From Felis catus (lineage: Eukaryota): a stretch of DNA of 64,000 nt. Positions 59,965 to 64,000 of this stretch are shown here, piece after piece; the stretch's first letter is position 1, and each line of letters opens with the position of its first letter. The notes below the pieces were generated by a model, which saw nothing but the letters and a program-made list of their open reading frames with translations, was not told the DNA's origin and did not search any database. The translations under genes and the position numbers were made by a program. The stretch lies in the NCBI RefSeq assembly GCF_018350175.1, contig NC_058368.1:188234001-188298000 (forward strand), written 5' to 3'.

Positions 59965-60250
59965 TGTATTTGTTTATTCAACCAAAAGTTAGGCACAAGA
60001 GTGAGTGCACAATATATGGGCCCCGCTTTCCTGGTCATTATGGTCTGGTGGAGAAAACAGATTATGAGTCAAATAATCACTCAGTTTAATTAAAGATGGA
60101 AGTAAGTACAATAAAGGAGAATTTACAGCAGAGAAACTGCTACTTAGTTGGGGGTGGACAAGGGGCCAGGGTGGGGATTAGGGAAGAGGAGGAAGTAACT
60201 TTTGAGCTGAGATCTGAAAGACAGGGGTGGGGGAGATACACTGCAGGGCC
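59965..60250 (-). mobile_element. LINE L2 fragment
   Basis: tttgtttattcaacc...ggaagtaacttttgagctgagatctgaaag. Confidence 0.6.
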
Positions 60251-60673
60251 CCTGGGGGACAGTGTCAGAGAAGCAGGCCCTTGGAGAGAACAAGGGGGTA
60301 GCTGCAGACATCGGCCTTAATTAACCACTGGCAATTTCGCATAAATCACTAGCAAGCTTTAGCTGAGGAAGCCTTTGATTTAAATGACAAAATTTTACAA
60401 GTATGTCTTAAGAACAAATCTTTAATGTTGTGTGAAATAAGATTTATTGACAGAATACTTTTTGAGCCATTTCACTAATTTCTCTGAAAAGGTAATTAGT
60501 TTATATGAAAGAAAAAAAGGAAAAAGTATATATAGTTATATATAGCTACTTCATTACATACAGTAGATAGATAATGCATGAATGCATTAAAATTTATCAT
60601 AAGTCATAAGGATAGGTGAACTGGAAGCATTTGGGATAGAGGCTCAACCGTGCTCATTGCTAGTTGTATTATC

Positions 60674-60876
60674 TTTTTTTTAAAGTTAATTTTTATTTAT
60701 TTTGAGACAGAGAGACAGAGAGCAAGTGGGGGAGGGGCAGAGAGAGAGGAGACAGAGGGTCTCCACACTATCAGTGCAGAGCCCAATGTGGGGCTTGAAC
60801 TCACAGACCATGAGACCATGACCTGAGCCAAAATCAAGAGTTGGACACTTAACCGACTGAGCCACTCAGGCGCCCC
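60674..60876 (-). mobile_element. Can-SINE
   Basis: Reverse head gactgagccactcaggcgcccc; degenerate TSD ctagttgtattatct / ctagttatgttttct. Confidence 0.95.
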
Positions 60877-62104
60877 ACTAGTTATGTTTTCTCAAGCAAG
60901 TTGTTTACTTAGGGTTTTCTCTGCTTTTTTTTCTGTTTTTCTCTGTTTTCACTGTACTAAGAGCTTACATGACATATATTACCGAAGGTTCACAACTATT
61001 CAGTGCTATCAACGTCCTCCTCCTCCTCGTCATTAGCATTATCTCCACTTTACGGTAGAGACAGAGGTTCAAAAAATTAAGTAGTATGCCAAGTTTTACA
61101 TAGGTAATAAATAATAAGATTGGCATTTTAATCCTGGCAACCACTTCCCAAATCAGTGTTCTTAAAACCACAGCATCATTTGCTCTGTCCAGCCTGGAAG
61201 GTGGTCATGAACATGAAACAGTCGTGAAAGACACAACACCAATGTAAGAGACCACCAGGATGCACATTTCTGCTTTCCTGCCATGAAACCAGACCCTTTC
61301 AGGTTCACCTCAACTTGATTCCAACCATCCAAGCTGGGACTTCAGAAGAGGTTTTTTAGCAGATGTATGCCCAGGGGCTCATGGGTCCACTGGAATCGTT
61401 GGCGAGGTATTCAATACACGTGCAGATGTACATTTTTTTTGAGGTCAGTCACCCAAAACATTTATGAAGTTCTGGTAAGAAGAAGCCTCTCTCCAAATAA
61501 TGATCCAATGAAGTGGATTAAGGACAATAAAGGACTGAGTTCAGGAGAGATTTTTAATTCAGTCTGGTCCCAAGCAATAAGCAATAACGACCTGCTCACT
61601 AGATACTTCAGGTAGGCCAATAATGTGCTAGTCCAGGGTTCTAACTGCAGTCAGGCTCCTTTAAAAATTATTCCTGGCTTACACCCTTAAAAAAACGCTT
61701 CCTCAGTCCTCAGTCCTCAGTCCTCTACATTTAAGCGTTAGGTAACCTTGCAGAGAAAAAAAGAGCCTAAATGACATTGAACTCTGAACTATCCACATCC
61801 TTCAAATTCTGTGCAGTCTTCGACAATATTTATTAAGATGACTTGCACAGCACTGTGATCAGTATATACATTCCCCTTTGCAGTGGTTTCTCATAAGTGG
61901 TATTTCACATGAACACTTTCTTACATTCACGTGGTCCACACACTTGTGATTTTAATAACCTGATAGTATTCCATTCTGTTAACATTTCTTGAATACATTT
62001 AGGTCTCTTTACAAAACAGAAACCCTCAATTTTAGATCCTTAACTCACAGGTTTTCATTTTAAGATTTAAAAAAATCTTATATAGAAAATGCTAACAATG
62101 TATA

Positions 62105-62350
62105 ACATAATGGTTTCCGAGCATGGGTCTTGGAACCCAACAGACCTGTATTTGAATCCCATTTCTGTCTCTTATGAGTTATGTGACGTTGAGCAATTCA
62201 CTTAAACTCTCTGGGCCCCAGTTTCCTCATTGTAAAACGAGATAATAGCAATATCTCCCACTTCAAATTGTTGCAAGATTAGCAATATGAAATGCTTAAT
62301 GTGTTTTGCCGAGTGCCTAGTACATGCTAAAAGCTTGGTAAGTGATAGCT
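62105..62350 (+). mobile_element. MIR SINE
   Basis: cagacctgtatttgaatccc...cacttaaactctctgggccccagtttcctcattgtaaaa...agtgcctagtacat. Confidence 0.8.
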
Positions 62351-63555
62351 ATTGGCATAATAGAAACTAGAGAACAGGGCCCACCTAGGGCCATTTCTTT
62401 AAGAGGGGTGAAAACATTATTTTTTCCAAGGTCACAAAGAAAGGAAATCTGGGGAAATAAGGAAGTTCAGTTGGCCACATGTTGGTATAATTTTACTTGC
62501 CAATTCCAAGTTTGGGTGTCTGAAACGAACATTTTCAGTCCTAAAATAAGATGGCAAACTTGGGGCTGGTGCACATGAATAAATATAGCCAGAGAATAAA
62601 TACACCCCGCGTGTCCCTGGCATGGTGCATCTGTTCAGCCTTACCAATCCCCACCTCCCTGCAAAGCAAATTCTTCCAAACCAAGTCAGCCCTCCACCAT
62701 CAAGGAGGATTTTCAGGCACCTTCCCCAACCAAATGCTTGAACATACAAGTGAGAAGAACCACAGCGATTCTCTCTTGTCCAACTCATTCACTTTATAGA
62801 CCAGAAAAAGGGAGGCTTGGGCAAGTGACGTGCATTCCCGAGGTTGCATAACTCCTGAAGAGCAGAACTGGTCTAGAACTCCTTCCTGTTATTTTATTTA
62901 AGTGTGGACCTCTTAGACTAATATTTACTTAATTTTTAATTATCTCTTTCTTTTTTTTCCTAAAAGTAAATGTGAAAAGGAACTTTATATTACTATTAGT
63001 GGAAAATCCAGTATTACTCAACTTAAAAGATAATCATAAAAATAAGTAGCAGAACAGTGACACTGAATTCTAGCTAAAATATACAAAAGATTGCAGCCTG
63101 AGGTGAAGCCTCTCCTCCGCAGAGAAGGAGATTAGCAAGAGTTCAAGTGCAGCTGAACAAGGACCACCAAACTTATAAATGAAAATGCCATCAAACTTTT
63201 CTGTCTGAGGGTGGAAAAGGAATGAGAAGGAAATAACTGCCTTGGCATGGTATGGGGGGTGTGAATTTGGAAACACCAGTCTGCTCCATTTTGCTTGGTT
63301 ACTTTCTCGTGTCCCTACACTATTTTATGGGTCACTCAACTTAGAATGTTCCCTGGAAGCCTTGCATTTTGAGGTCGATGCTAAGCTCCAACAAAGCAGT
63401 CCAATTCTTTGCTTCCCTTTTCAATCTCAAAGCTCCAGTCAAACCCTCAACATCCCTGTGCAGTTAAATTGTTCTCAGCCCACTTTGAGGCTCATTTTAG
63501 CCTCAGGTTAGTCTTGTTTGTATGCATTATTATATTCAATCTCCAATGATTTCTT

Positions 63556-63780
63556 TTTCTTTTTCTTTTTTTTTTTTTTTTTAGTTTTTTAAAAACTTGT
63601 TTAGAGAGAGAGGGAGCATGAGTCGGGGAGGGGCAGAGAGAGGAAGTGAGAGAATACCAAGCAAGCTGCACACTATCAGCACAGAACCTGATGTGGGTCT
63701 CAATCCCACAAACCATGAGATCATGACCTGAGCCAAAATCAAGAGGCAGATGCTTAACTGATTGAGCCACGCAGGTGCCC
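63556..63780 (-). mobile_element. Can-SINE
   Basis: Reverse head gagccacgcaggtgccc, GA tract, T tail. Confidence 0.95.
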
Positions 63781-63918
63781 AACCAGTGATACCTTTTTAA
63801 GTAGACACTGCTACAATCCTCATTTGACATATAAGGAAATTGAGGCTTGAAGAAATCACTGAACTCATCCAAGTCCTTAGCTGATAGCTCAGAGCTATGT
63901 GATTCAGTATTCTATGCC

Positions 63919-64000
63919 TTTTTTTTTAAGTTTATTTACTTTTGAGAGAGCGAGAGAGAGAGAGCATGAGTGGGAGAGGGGCAGAAAGAGAAGGAGACAC
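63919..64000 (-). mobile_element. Can-SINE 3' part, cut by the window edge
   Basis: T tail, tttatttacttttgagagag...gggcagaaagagaaggagacac. Confidence 0.9.

Noticed and set aside
1..64000. CRISPR arrays, tRNA/rRNA genes, operon-like systems
   Set aside because: Eukaryotic repeat-rich DNA; no regularly spaced repeat-spacer array, and all tRNA-like sequences are SINE heads

Overview
Mammalian genomic DNA, almost certainly felid: it holds 22 carnivore tRNA-derived Can-SINEs, including two young SINEC_Fc-type copies, plus a cat-type L1 3' end. I recognise no protein-coding gene, structural RNA gene or CRISPR array. The window looks intergenic or deep-intronic, and most ORFs in the supplied track come from SINEs, L1s, LTRs or microsatellites. 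It is rich in MIR, L2, MaLR/ERV LTRs, old L1s and hAT/Tigger DNA transposons. Repeat family names are recalled from consensus sequences, not from a RepeatMasker run, and boundaries of old repeats are approximate. I found no convincing novel biological system. The most notable sequence-level observations are: (1) an L1 3' end with what looks like two serial short 3' transductions (39411-39678); (2) a short Can-SINE ending in a tRNA-like acceptor stem + discriminator + CCA before its poly(A) (51032-51162); (3) a palindromic AT-rich insert in an MLT1E-like LTR (10460-10670); (4) an ERV LTR followed by a perfect splice donor (38911-39799); (5) a CpG-enriched, motif-rich candidate regulatory region (35340-37050); (6) a recent 151/153-bp tandem duplication inside an L1; (7) multi-layer nested insertions.
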